A DNA stretch of 64,000 bases from Eledone cirrhosa (GCA_964016885.1 OZ024763.1:5208001-5272000), one strand, 5' to 3'. Numbered from the stretch's first letter, positions 1 through 13,825 are shown. Program-made: numbers and translations. The notes: generated by a model not told the origin, from the letters alone.

Positions 1-10
1 CATATATATT

Positions 11-51
<41 letters not shown>

Positions 52-1423
52 AATCCATCCTGGCAGGGAACCCCTCCCAGCTATTAGATGATGTGTGTGT
101 ACATATATATATATATATATATATACCTACAAACACACATATGTGTGCATATGTACATGTGCATGCACACGCTCTCATATATGTGTGAATGTGTGTACAA
201 TGTAGTAAAAGTATATAAAAGGCAAATGATGACAAATCATTAAAAAAACAAAGTAATGTTTTACTCAGTATATTTCAACATAATATTTCAGAGCTATAAC
301 CCCCTTTTCAAATGTGAAACAGAAACGCTTCAAAACAAAAATGAATGATTGATGTGTTCTCCTCTAACTAATCTACGTGTCTGAAATACCCATGTGGGGA
401 ACTACTATAGTAACTAATCTGCTTCAAGTATTTTAATCTATTATTTATTTGTGGCTTTTTCTTATTTAAGCCTTTAGTATTTACATTACTCTATATGTAA
501 TATTGTATTTTTGTGGTAAAGGCTTTATCTTATATAATTAACAATACCTTAACATCAGTATGAGCAGCCAGTTATGGCTGATTTGAACAGAAAGAGGTGA
601 GAGAATTCTGTCTGGTTACAGCTGGTTTAAAGGATTAAGGGCAGTTTATTGGTAGTAATCGGTAGAGCGTCAGACAATATGCTTTGTGACACAGAGTTAT
701 GTCCCTTTACATTTTTAGTTCAAATCCTGCCGAGGTTAACTTTGCCTTTCATCCTTACTGGGACGATAAAATAAAGTACCAGTAATGCACTGGCTTTGAT
801 ATAATCAACTTCCTCCCCCCAAAATTGACTGGCCCTGTTCCTAAAAGCAGAAATCATTAGGGTGAAGGAAAATATGGGCTTTCATTAGAGTAAAAATATT
901 ATCTCTATGAAATTTCTGCTGTTTCTTTTGGGGGATGGGGGAAGGGGGGGGTCTATAGTATTTTTGGAGGGTTGGGGAATTATAGTTTTGGGTTTTGGGG
1001 GTTTTTTTATAGCCCAGGATAATTCTACCATATGTTGGTCCTTACAATAAATGTTAGTTTGTTTTGTTTAAATAGATTACAAAAGCTCTGTATATTTTAT
1101 GGGGGAGGGGAACATATGGTAAGGATAATACTGCTGCATTTCTCAAGGGCTTAAGGAAAGTGAAATAAATCCCTTTTACTTCAAACCAGGAATCATAACT
1201 AAGTGAAGAATTGGTTTGCCAAGAACTCACATTTTATTTGACAATAATTAATTAGAGAAAATCAAAATCAAAATCCAGGTCTGGATTAAAAATATGTTAT
1301 GGGCCAAAACATTCACTTGAGGTAAGGGTTTTATCTTCTTTGAAGACCTTCTGCTGTCCAGCTCCCCTGAGAGTTTCTTACCACTGTATATGATGGGAGA
1401 GTCTATCATATATATATATATAT

Positions 1424-1766
1424 GGAGGCACATGGCTTTGTGGTTAGAGCATTGGCCTTGCAATCAAAAGGTTGTGAGTTCAATTCTCAGACCGGGTGAT
1501 GTGTTGTTTCCTTGAGCAAGACACTTTATTTCACATTGCTCCAGTTTACTCAGCTGTAGAAATGAGATGATAGGGACTGGGGTCCATATCATTCCACTGA
1601 AAAGTGGTCGTGGAGGTGCCACGGCAAAAAAAGCACCCAGCACTCACTGTAAATAAGGTTGGTGTTAGGAAGGGCATCCAGCTGTAGAAATCAAGCCAGA
1701 ATCAGTTCCCATCCCACCCTTGCAAGCAGGGAAAAGTGGACGTAAAATGAAATGATGAAATGATGA
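1424..1766 (+). mobile_element. tRNA-derived SINE, family A (CORE-like central domain, ATG-rich tail)
   Basis: Pol III A box TGGCTTTGTGG and B box GAGTTCAATTC. CORE-like CCTTGAGCAAGACACTT and internal AGGAAGGGCATCCAGC. Near-identical copies at 39089, 40279 and 61861. Confidence 0.85.
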
Positions 1767-1995
1767 TATATATATATATAGTTTGTTTGCTTTTTACGTG
1801 AACTTGAAGTATACAAATTCACTTTAACGCCTCTTGAAAAAATATTATTAAATATTCAATTTGCGTGAATAATGTGGTATAGCACTATGGTTATTTATTT
1901 TTTTATTTATCAGAAAATTAGACTTGAATTACACAAATTTGCTTTACACATGAACGCATCTTCGCATAAGAAGTGAACAGACTGTGTGTGTGTGA

Positions 1996-2033
<38 letters not shown>

Positions 2034-2355
2034 TAATAAAAATAATGAATAAACAAAGAAACAGTTCCTTATATTAAAAAATTAATCATTTTACGATCGT
2101 TTCTAGGATATATATGTTAGTGTTGGTATGTATATAATATAGATCTATGTAAAATTTTTACAAACTATCAGAAGGAATATACATACCTACACATATATAT
2201 GCTGTCTTCAGAAATAATAAATATATATATTTATTAAAATAACAGATTAAAGTTTAAGCAAAGAATAAATATTTGCTCTACGGTTCTTATATATTTGATA
2301 TATATTTATCCTTATCGAGCCCTCTTTGGATTTTAGTCTTCAAATTTATTATTAT

Positions 2356-2393
<38 letters not shown>

Positions 2394-2448
2394 TGGCTTG
2401 CTAATTTGTTGTAGAACTAACTTTATACATATATATATATATACACAC

Positions 2449-2489
<41 letters not shown>

Positions 2490-2917
2490 AGGTGGGAAAC
2501 ACCAGCTTGAGGAAGGAGGGGTTTCTTCTCTGAAGACCTTCTGCTGTCTATGTCTCTCCTCAGAGTTTTCTTACCACTTTACAAGTAGACCAGAGAAGAC
2601 AATAGTGATCTAAGGAAGGAAATAATTATAAAACAATGAAATTAAGTCTTGGAGTAGATATTTCCAATGTAATATTAGACAGAAACTTTAACTTATAAAC
2701 TTATATCTCTTAGATATAATATAACCCAAAATAATTTCTCGAAATATAACTTGATATACTGAAGGAAATAATTAAAGCATCTGTATTTGAAAAGGTTTCT
2801 AAGTCTGGTATCTTTAGAAAATTTCTATTATTTATTTATATAGACAATTATTTTCTTTTCGTTCCACTGGTATTTTTTCCTTTTATTATATTTTGTTTGT
2901 ATTATATTTTGTTTGTA

Positions 2918-3101
2918 AGGGCGGTGGATTGGCAGTATCGGTAGAGGGTCGGACGCCATGCTTTCCAGCATAGTTGTCTCTTTACGATCTGAGTTCAAAT
3001 CCCGCCGAGGTTGACTTTGCCTTTCATCCTTACGGGGTCGATAAAATAAAGTACCAGTAATGTACTGGGTAATTGCTGGCCTTGTGCCAAAAGTAGAAAC
3101 A
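2918..3101 (+). mobile_element. tRNA-derived SINE, family B, with 17-bp target-site duplication
   Basis: A box TGGCAGTATCGG and B box GAGTTCAAATCC. Central GCCTTTCATCCTTACGGGGTCGATAAAATAAAGTACCAG (Nin/Deu-like domain, inferred). Flanked by ATTATATTTTGTTTGTA at 2901-2917 and 3102-3118. More than a dozen full or partial copies in the window. Confidence 0.87.
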
Positions 3102-3440
3102 ATTATATTTTGTTTGTATTAATTGCTGAGTCATCGAGAGTAACGACTGCAACCTTTGAACTTTTTCAATGCCTCCAAGATTTTCGAGTGGAGATAAATT
3201 ATATCATTATAGCAGATGTGGCAATTACAATTAATATTTCTTCCTTACAATTCAACAGCAGCAACAAGTGTTTTAAGATTAGTAAGATTAGTTTCAGAGT
3301 CTGGAACTTGCTGTTGAAATGGCAACAGCTCAGTCATCAGGCCTCAACTCTTTCTAATATAATCACACTCTACTATCTCAAGTATTGAATACTCCGGTGA
3401 ATAAGTCTTTCTAGTTTAATACTGGTTTAAGCCTTATATA

Positions 3441-3534
3441 TGTATATCTGAGGACCTTGCGATTTCAGAGTCAGGTCCGATCATTGCATCGATCGTGCCT
3501 CGAGCTGGTCGCCAGAGAAACGATTGTAATATGT
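3441..3534 (+). ncRNA. Type I hammerhead ribozyme-like motif
   Basis: CTGAGGA (3448), long stem II closed by GCGAT/GTCGC, GAAAC (3517), GATT, GTA (3526), then AATAAA. Stem II interior resembles the 57014 copy. Confidence 0.55.
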
Positions 3535-3590
3535 CTAATAAATCTTTGTAACACCACTGATTCTCTATTTCTTATGTGATATATATATAT

Positions 3591-3784
3591 AACAAAGGAA
3601 ATGTGGTAAGGAACCAGGTGGACCATAACGCACCAAAGTACTCAATACTTAGGGTAGTAGAGTGGGTAATAGGAACGAGTAGGACCCCGACGGCTGAGCT
3701 CAAGCCGTTTCGACGGCTAATTCTGATGAGTCCAGAATTAGCCGTCGAAACGGCTTGAGCTCAGCCGTCGGGGTCCTACTCGTT

Positions 3785-3789
<5 letters not shown>
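3591..3789. mobile_element. (TA)n-embedded fold-back fragment with hammerhead core (Penelope-like remnant)
   Basis: 57-bp perfect inverted arms 3669-3725 and 3733-3789. CTGATGA at 3723, GAAAC at 3747, stem III, GTC at 3767. Related copies at 12006-12200, 46138-46215 and a diverged one at 3297-3435. Confidence 0.7.
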
Positions 3790-3819
<30 letters not shown>

Positions 3820-5222
3820 TCACCACCACCATCATCATCACCATCACCACTATCATCACCACCATCATCACCACCATCATCATCACCATCATTATTCTTA
3901 CATCCTATTTTCCATAGTAGCATGGGTTGGACATCAAGTGCTCTCTAAAACAGTCTTGCCAAATTTATTGTATTCCTTTTTCATCTCCTTTCTGTGAGGT
4001 TCAACATCTTGAGATCAGTTTCAAAAAGCACCCAGTCCACCCTGTAAAGCAGTCATGTTGGTGACATGATAAACAAAAACACCCAGTCCACCCTGTAAGA
4101 TGGTTGTGCTGGTGACACAACAAAAAGCACCTAGCACACCTTGTAAGATGGTCAAGTTTATCTCATGACAAAAAGTGCCCAGAACACCTGTAAGGGGGGT
4201 TGTTTTAGTGCCACAATAAGAAAGCGCCCAGTCCATTCTGTAAATGTGGTTGGTGCTAGGTAGGGAATCCAGCCGTAGAAACCAAACCAGAAACACTTCT
4301 GTATGAGCAAGACAGAGGGTCACCTGATCTGACTTGTGTCACAGTAGGACTTCTCGCCTAACCCATGCTAGCATGGAAAAAATAGTCATTAAACGATGAT
4401 GATGGTGATGATACAATGGAAATCTCTATGTGGTCACAAAACCTGTTAGAAATAACAGCCAAACCTTTGTCTTAAAAAAAAAACTGAATGATATATTGGA
4501 TAATGTAATCCTAGCTACACTATATTTGGATAATAAAAAAGACAGAGTGGTCATAGTTGGAAGTTCTTTGATCATAGGTCAACTGTCAGGTTTAAACAAC
4601 ACTGCTATCAGTGTTTTTATTTCCAACTGAATTCATTCAAAAGAACCTAAGTTTAAATCTCATTGAATGTCTGTCTTTACTAAAACTAATAATTGAATCT
4701 ATTTATTCTGTACTGAGTGGCATAGTGTGGGTGTACAGACCACACAGGGTGGTTCCTTATATATATATATGTGTGTGTGTGTGTTTGAATGTGTGTGTGT
4801 ACAAGTGTGTGTAGACCACACAGAATGGTTATTATATGTGTGTGCGTGTATGTATGTGTATGTTTATGTATATAGATGTGTATATGTATAGAGATGTATA
4901 TATATATGTATATAGATGTATATGTATATGTATATATATATGTATATAGATGTATATATATATATATGTATATGTATGTATATAGATGTATATGTATATA
5001 TATGTATATAGATGTATATGTATATATATGTATGTATATAGATGTATATGTATATATATGTATGTATATGTATATATATATATGTGTATGTATATATGTA
5101 TATATATATGTGTGTGTGTGTATATATATATGTATATATATATATGTATATATATATATATGTATATATATAGAGAGAGGTGTATATACGTATATATATA
5201 TAGATGTGTGTATATGTATATC

Positions 5223-5269
<47 letters not shown>

Positions 5270-5333
5270 ATGTGTGTCCTCTAGTCCAAGATATGTTGTT
5301 TAAGGAAAGGTGGAGGAGGGAGGTAAACATTTC

Positions 5334-5369
<36 letters not shown>

Positions 5370-5818
5370 GAAAGTGAACAACACAAAATATAACTATTCC
5401 ATTACCAAAGGTTTCTGGTTTACAGACGATAATAATATATGTCTGGATCAGTCGTCAGATAGAGATGTTATAGATAAAAGATATGAAATGAGATATAAAA
5501 TCTGTTAAAAATTGGAAGTGAGGCTGGAAAATAACAGGATATATATACATAAGAAAAGAAGGGTAAGAAAAATGATATATAAACATATATATATATATAT
5601 ATAGTAATAATAATAAATTTGAAGACTAAAATCCAAAGAGGGCTCGATAAGGATAAATATATATCAAATATATAAGAACCGTAGAGCAAATATTTATTAA
5701 AATAACAGATTAAAGTTTAAGCAAAGAATCGCTGCTTTCACCCTTAACGGGATCTTCTGAAGATCCCGTTAAGGGTGAAAGCAGCGATTCTTTGCTTAAA
5801 CTTTAATCTGTTATTTTA

Positions 5819-5904
<86 letters not shown>

Positions 5905-6894
5905 GGTTTCTTCTGTATGAGTCTGTTGACAGAGAAACTCTTCACTGTTGCTGCTTCCATTCATTGATTGCCAAGATGTGGTTGAGTGCCATTTACAAAC
6001 ACTTTACCATTTCTTAGTCTCATGTGCCGTACCAATGTTTTGGCAACATGGAAGATGTCAGCAACGTTCGAATATTTAGTTGGATATATTCCAAACTACC
6101 AACAATGACACAGTGACATTCACACTTAATATTTTTCATTCAAATATTTATTGCAGAAGATTTATTGTTGTTATTTATTTTCTCTCTAAGATCCAGCATT
6201 TTTTTTTTTAGCTTTTTTCATTTTTTTTTAAATCTTTTTTTCGTTTTTGTTTAGCTTTTATTTTAGTTATTTTTAGCTTCTTTTCTTTTTAGTTATTTTT
6301 AGCTTTTTTTTAAACTTTTTTTAGCTTTTAAAAAATGTTTTTTTTTGAGCATTTTTTAGTTTGTATTCTTAACATGCTCTTCAAAATCTCCAATCTCAGG
6401 CTTTTCTGTAGGATGTACTTTTCTGTAGGATACACATGACACAAATCATTATCCTCATCATCATCATCCTCCTCTTCATCACCACCATGACCATCATTTA
6501 ATGTCCATTTTTCCATGCTAGCATGGGTTAGATGAGTTGTCCCATTGTCCCATTGTGAGGCAAGTCAGGTCGGGTGACTGTGTTTTGCTCATACAGAACT
6601 ATTTCTGGCTTGGTTACTACGGCTGGATGCCCTTCCTAATGCGAGCCACATTTACAGTATGGACTGAGTACTTTTGTCATGACACCTACATGGTCTTTTA
6701 TGTTCTAAGTTCAAATCTGGCCACGGTTAGCTTTGCTGTTCATCGTTACAGGATCACTAAAATAAAGTACCAGTAATACACTGGTGTCGATTTAATCAAC
6801 TTTCCCCTTCCCCTTAAATTGTTGGCCTTGTTCCTAAATCAGAAACTATTATATGTCCATTATTGTGAATATTCACATTTAATAAATAAATAAT

Positions 6895-7530
6895 TGTTTC
6901 TACTTTAGGCACAAGGCCAGCAATTACCCAGTGCATTACTGGTACTTTATTTTATCGACCCCGTAAAGATGAAAGGCAAAGTCAACCTCGGCGGGATTTG
7001 AACTCAGATCGTAAAGGGACGTAACTATGCTGGAAAGCATGGCGTCCGACCCTCTACCGATACTGCCAATCCACCGCCCTAACATGGCGTCCGACCCTCT
7101 ACCGATACTGCCAATCCACCGCCCTAACATGGCGTCCGACCCTCTACCGATACTGCCAATCCACCGCCCTAACATGGCGTCCGACCCTCTACCGATACTG
7201 CCAATCCACCGCCCTAACATGGCGTCCGACCCTCTACCGATACTGCCAATCCACCGCCCTAGCATGGCGTCCGACCCTCTACCGATACTGCCAATCCACC
7301 GCCCTAACATGGCGTCCGACCCTCTACCGATACTGCCAATCCACCGCCCTAACATGGCGTCCGACCCTCTACCGATACTGCCAATCCACCGCCCTAACAT
7401 GGCGTCCGACCCTCTACCGATACTGCCAATCCACCGCCCTAACATGGCGTCCGACCCTCTACCGATACTGCCAATCCACTGCCCTAACATGGCGTCTGAC
7501 CCTCTACCGATACTGCCAATCCACCGCCCT
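6895..7530 (-). mobile_element. SINE family B whose 5' 45 bp is repeated 11 times in tandem
   Basis: Reverse complement of the 2918 SINE. Array 7036-7530 is 11 x 45 bp. 18-bp direct repeat ATTTAATAAATAAATAAT at 6877-6894 and 7531-7548. Confidence 0.88.
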
Positions 7531-9019
7531 ATTTAATAAATAAATAATAGTTCCAGATGAAGATTTGGCAGTCTTTAAAACGTTAGCATGTTTGTGGCAT
7601 TTCTTGCACATTTCTACCCCTTCTGAGTTCAAGCCTTACTACAGTCAACTTTGTCTTTCATCCTTCGAAGGTTTATAAAAAAAAGTACCAGTCTAGTACT
7701 GGGGTTGATTCTTCCTCTATATCTCCTTCACACATAAAGTATTTCTTTGGGCATTTTTCTTTTTACCCTGGCAGAACCCATCTCCTCTCCAGGTCTGAAT
7801 ACAGCAGATTTCTTCCAGAGAAGGATAGAAAATGAGAGAATGGAAGTGAGAAAGGGATATAGAGGAAGAACGGACCCCAGTACTTGACTGGTATTATATA
7901 TATATATATATATATATGTGGAGAGATAGAGTGAGAGAGGAAGTGAGAGAGATATATAGAAGAAGGATTGACCCCAGTACTTTAAATTTCCTTCTTAATT
8001 AAAAAAAAAAGAAAAAGAAATAATTTATAAAGAAAAAAAAAATGTTTTCTCTTTCCTTTTCCACCTGATCACAGATCCAATAATGAAATTCAATTAATTT
8101 AATTAGAAATAAAATAAATTATATAGAGGAACAAAACAAACCTTTTTGGTTCACTTTCCCCTGTTTCATACAAATTAATTATTGTTTAAATGGTGATGTA
8201 TTTGTTTTGCAAGGTTTTTGATATGAAATCATGTTGAAAGAGATATTGTTATATTTGAGGAGGGTCATATTGTTCTAATATTGCCAGAAAAATATAGTAA
8301 AACACACTCACTGTTTGGTTTGGTTTTTGATTCAATATATCTTTATATTTCTTTAAATAATTTAACTGGCAATCAATGTTTACCATTTAAAAATATTATC
8401 CATATTAAAAATATAGATATAAATATAGTTTTTCAAAGTTCTTTTGTCATACATCTGTGACATCGTCAGTGATGTTGTCTCTTTTTGCACATGCGTTTGT
8501 ATTATTGTTTAACCCTTTTGATACCAACCCAGCCAAAACCAGTCCCGATTCTATGAAAGAAGACCCCACCCCATTTCAAACAATTCCTATCATTATCAAC
8601 AACAGCATCCTCATCACCTTTTAACGTCTATTTTCTATGCTTGCATGGGTTAGATAGGTCATCCATGTTATGAGTCATCTGGCCAGCTGGCCATGCCATA
8701 CCTTGCTCAAACAGAACTGTATTTTGGCTAAGGGTTTTACAGATGCCCTTCCTAACACCAAACACGTTTACAAATTTATATCTTCCAACATATTAAACAA
8801 GAACCATATGTTAAGTCAGTCTGTTTGTCTGCCTATCTGTCAGTCTGTTTATCTGTCTATCTGTCAGTCTGTTTATCTGTCAGTCTGTCAGTCTATCCTA
8901 TACTTCCTGTTGCTGTAAAGAAACCTGTTTAAAATCGAAGCAAATATCTATTTATCGTAAAAACCACTTAAACTATAACTCTACAAAATACTTCAGTAAT
9001 ACTGGTAAAGTCACTGCCT

Positions 9020-9465
9020 CCATCTCTCTCTCTCTCCCAGTCTCTCACTCACCCCATCTCTCTCACTCACCCCATCTCTCTCACTCACCCCATCTCTCAC
9101 TCACCCTGGTCTCTCACACTCACCCCATCTCTCACTCACCTGGTCTTTCACTTTCCCCATCTGTCACTCACCCCATCTGTCACTCACCCCATCTGTCACT
9201 CACCCCATCTTTCACTCACCTCATCTCTCTCACTCACTCATCTCTCTCACTCACTCCATCTCTCTCACTCACTCTTTCCCATCTCTCTCACTCTTTCCAT
9301 ATCTTTCACTCACTCCATCTCTCACTCACAGTGTCTCTCTCTCTCACTCACCCCATCTTTCACTCACCCCATCTCTTTCACACACCCCATCTCTCTCACT
9401 CACCCCATCTTTCACTCACCCCATCTCTCTCACTCTTCCCATCTCTCTCACTCTTCCCATCTCTT
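9020..9465. repeat. Pyrimidine-rich ~16-18-bp minisatellite
   Basis: Recurrent CTCACTCACCCCATCT. Confidence 0.85.
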
Positions 9466-9777
9466 GCTATTAAAAGCAAGTTATATTAGGAACGAAATAA
9501 TTAATCATTTTAATAAATCTTTCAGAATTCTACCTTAATTAATTGAAAGAGAAAGTATTTCATTAAACGAAAGAGTCAAAGTAAAAAAAAACTGCTATTT
9601 ATTGTTTAAAGCCCAAAAGTCAAAAGTTGTAATTTATAGTCTAGAAAAGATAATGTAAATGAATTTAACAAAATTAATTATAATTAACAAAACATCAACA
9701 AAAAAAATAAACAACTTAAAATTATTCAATATTTAGTTATATCTTTTCTTCCATTGCAGGAAACTGTATATATCTAC

Positions 9778-11434
9778 GTATATCTGTGTTTATATCTATA
9801 TATCTGTGTATATATCTATATATCTGTGTATATATCTATATATCTATATATCTGTGTATATATCTGTGTGTATATCTATATATCTGTGTATATATCTATA
9901 TATCTGTGTATATATCTATATATCTATATATCTGTGTATATATCTGTGTGTATATCTATATATCTGTGTGTATATCTATATATATGTGTATATATATATC
10001 TATATATCTATATATCTGTGTATATATCTATATATCTGTGTATATATCTATATATCTGTGTATATATCTATATATCTGTGTGTATATCTATATATCTGTG
10101 TATATATCTATATATCTGTGTGTATATATATATATCTGTGTGTATATCTATATATCTGTGTATATATATATATCTGTGTATATATCTATATATCTGTGTT
10201 TATATGTATCTGTGTATATATCTATATATCTGTGTATATATCTATATATCTGTGTTTATATATATCTGTGTATATATCTATATATCTGTGTATATATCTA
10301 TATATATATCTATATATCTATATATATATCTATATATCTATATATATATCTATATATCTGTCTGTACATCTATATATCTGTGTATATATCTATATATCTG
10401 TGTATATATCTATATATCTGTGTTTATATCTATATATCTGTGTATATATCTATATATATATATGTGTATATATCTATATATCTGTGTGTATATCTATATA
10501 TCTGTGTATATATCTATATATCTGTCTGTATATATCTATCTGTGTGTATATCTATATATCTGTGTATACATCTATATATCTGTGTATACATCTATATATA
10601 TCTGTGTATATATCTATATATATGTGTATATATCTATATATATATCTGTGTATATATCTATATATATGTGTATATATCTATATATCTGTCTGTACATCTA
10701 TATATCTGTGTGTATATCTATATATCTGTGTATATATCTATATATCTGTGTTTATATCTATATATCTGTGTATATATCTATATATATATATATGTGTATA
10801 TATCTATATATCTGTGTGTATATCTATATATCTGTGTATATATCTATATATCTGTCTGTATATATCTATCTGTGTGTATATCTATATATCTGTGTATACA
10901 TCTATATATCTGTGTATACATCTATATATATCTGTGTATATATCTATATATATGTGTATATATCTATATATATCTGTGTATATATCTATATATATGTGTA
11001 TATATCTATATATCTGTCTGTACATCTATATATCTGTGTATATATCTATATATCTGTGTATATATCTATATATCTGTGTTTATATCTATATATCTGTGTA
11101 TATATCTATATATATATATATGTGTATATATCTATATATCTGTGTGTATATCTATATATCTGTGTATATATCTATATATCTGTCTGTATATATCTATCTG
11201 TGTGTATATCTATATATCTGTATATACATCTATATATCTGTGTATACATCTATATATCTGTGTATACATCTATATATATCTGTGTATATATCTATATATA
11301 TGTGTATATATCTATATATCTGTGTATATATCTATATATCTGTGTGTATATCTATATATATGTGTATATATATATCTAAATATCTCTATATATATCTATA
11401 TATCTGTGTATATATCTATATATCTGTGTGTACA

Positions 11435-11485
<51 letters not shown>

Positions 11486-11690
11486 ATATATATGTGTATA
11501 TATCTATATATCTGTGTATATATCTATATATCTGTGTGTATATCTATATATATGTGTATATATATATCTATATATCTATATATATATATATCTATATATC
11601 TGTGTATATATCTATATATATGTGTATATATCTATATATATGTGTGTATATCTATATATAAGTGTATATATCTGTATATATCTGTATATC
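9778..11690. repeat. ~1.9-kb complex microsatellite (18-bp TATATCTATATATCTGTG-type unit)
   Basis: Direct inspection. Source of the spurious 541-649 aa ORFs. Confidence 0.95.
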
Positions 11691-12005
11691 CCTTATCTAT
11701 ATGTCTGTCTATAAATCATCATCAACATTGTCAAATATTCATTTTACCATACTAGCAAATATATAAACTTGTTTCTACCAAAAATTAAAGATATAAGCAC
11801 TATATATATATATACAGAATATATCTATATCTCTCTCTCTCTATATATATATATATACACACATACACATTTGTATATATATATATATATATATATATGG
11901 AGAATATGGTGGCTTTGTAGTTGCTAGTTAAGTTAGGCTTAAAAATGGAATGAGAGTAAGAAGAAAGCAAGAACAGGGGGTGGGGATTATATATATATAT
12001 ATATA

Positions 12006-12200
12006 TATAGGAACCAGTAAGACCCCGACAGCTGAGCTCAAGCCGTTTCGACGGCTAATTCAGTCCAGAATTAGCCGTCGAAACGGCTTGAGCTCAGCTG
12101 TCGGGGTCTTACTGGTTCCTATTACCCACTCTACTACCTCAAGTATTGAGTACTTTGGTGCGTTATGGTCCACCTGGTTCCTTACCACATTTCCTTCGTT
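12006..12200. mobile_element. Second fold-back copy of the 3591 family, overall opposite orientation
   Basis: Inverted arms about 55 bp long, the same unique tail reverse-complemented, flanked by (TA)n. Confidence 0.7.
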
Positions 12201-12372
12201 ATATATATATATACACACACACACATATATATGTATGTATGTCAATAGCCATCTTTTTCCATTTCTTAGTTGGTCTTAATAGGACCACCAACCCTGGGGC
12301 TTACATAATTCTCCAATTATAATTCCTGGGAGGTCAAACTGTCAGCTGGTGAATTACATGTCTACCACTTTG

Positions 12373-12423
<51 letters not shown>

Positions 12424-12513
12424 CACACACACACACAATTTTTTAAGGTTTCCCCCTAAAAAAATTGTTTTTTGTTCGTTGTCATGTCCTCTCCTTGTTA
12501 TTTTTCTTAAGTT

Positions 12514-12544
<31 letters not shown>

Positions 12545-12663
12545 GTTTAATTTGTTTTGCAAGGTTTTTGATATGAAATCGTGTGTTAAAACAAATATTG
12601 TTATACTTGGGGAGGGTCATATTGTTATAATATTGCCAGAAATATAACAATATTATATATATA

Positions 12664-12855
12664 AGGGCGGTGGACTGGCAGTATCAGTAGAGGGTCGGAC
12701 GCCATGCTTTGATGCAAAGAGTTACGTCCCTTTACGATCTGAGTTCAAATCCCGGCGAGGTTAACTTTGCCTTTCATCCTTACAGGGTCGATAAAATAAA
12801 GTACCAGTAATGTACTGGGTAATTGCTGGCCTTGTGCCAAAAGTAGAAACAATTA
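12664..12855 (+). mobile_element. SINE family B
   Basis: Full-length match to 2918-3101. Confidence 0.85.
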
Positions 12856-13257
12856 TATATATATACGTCACGTCTTCTGGTAAGGATATAATCTACCTGG
12901 CTTGTGTGTTCCCCGGATCTATAGGTGATCAGGTGATTGTCACGTTTTTTGAAGTTAGTGTTACAGATAGTTAGGTTATGTGTGTGTGTCCAGTAAAAAT
13001 GTGCTTATCCTCGTGAGCTGGGATGCTATTTTGGTCAAATCAGGAGTAAGCAGGAGAAAGCACTCTACATTCGTAGTGTGTAGTTACGATTGAGTTTCAG
13101 TTTAAGAATCACATTAACCCTCTACCATTTACATTACTCTATATATACTATTGTATTTTTTTTGGTAAAGGCTTTATCTTACATAATATCAAATCTGCGA
13201 GATTTTAATGTTATTTACAATTTGTGGAGCAAGCCATGATTGATGTATCAATTGCTA

Positions 13258-13294
<37 letters not shown>

Positions 13295-13519
13295 GAAATC
13301 TTGTTACAACAAATTATTTTTTATACTCTGAATTTCGTTATAAGGAAAGATTCTTTGTTACAAGATCAACCGAAACAAATCGAGTGTTTGTTTATTACCT
13401 GAAAAAAGTTTTGTTATACTGAAAAATTTGTTATAACAGTTTTCTTTATAATGGAATTTTACCTGTGTGTATACATATATATATATATATATACACACAC
13501 ACATATATATATCATCATC

Positions 13520-13825
13520 ATCATAATAATAATGAAATGATTGTGTAAAGTGCTCAGGTGCACTACAACTCGTCAAAGGTGTATGTATAGTACATAGAAT
13601 AATACACAAATGTCAGGGAAGTACATGTTTGTATGTGTTAGCTGTAGTGTTGGCGGATCTCGGGAAGCATGGAGGCCTTAAAGGATGCAGTGTCTCGACA
13701 GCCAACAACTGATGCAGGTAGTTTGTTCCATGCTTCAGTAACTCTGAGCGTAAAAAAATGTTTCCGAAAGTCATGGGAACTGTGCTGTTTTCTTACTTTG
13801 TGGGCATGTCCACGTGTGTTAGATT
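13520..13825 (-). mobile_element. CR1-type LINE 3' end (RT C-terminus and 3' UTR)
   Basis: Minus-strand translation SNTRGHAHKVRKQHSSHDFRKHFFTLRVTEAWNKLPASVVGCRDTASFKASML matches the CR1 ORF2 terminal motif TRGH...FFxxRV..WNxLP..VV...FK. Related 3' UTR fragments near 49680-49860 and 61640-61760. Confidence 0.85.

Noticed and set aside
1424-1500. tRNA-like sequences here and at 14270, 22670, 39089, 44560 and 61861
   Set aside because: They continue into SINE body sequence and lack a clean acceptor stem and Pol III terminator, so they are SINE heads rather than tRNA genes.
9754-11755. 541-649 aa ORFs, and similar ones at 4686-5370, 19329-19895, 24976-26189, 41142-42560 and 57448-58767
   Set aside because: Translations of TA/TG/CA/GA microsatellites. 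They are open in several frames at once and have no domain content.
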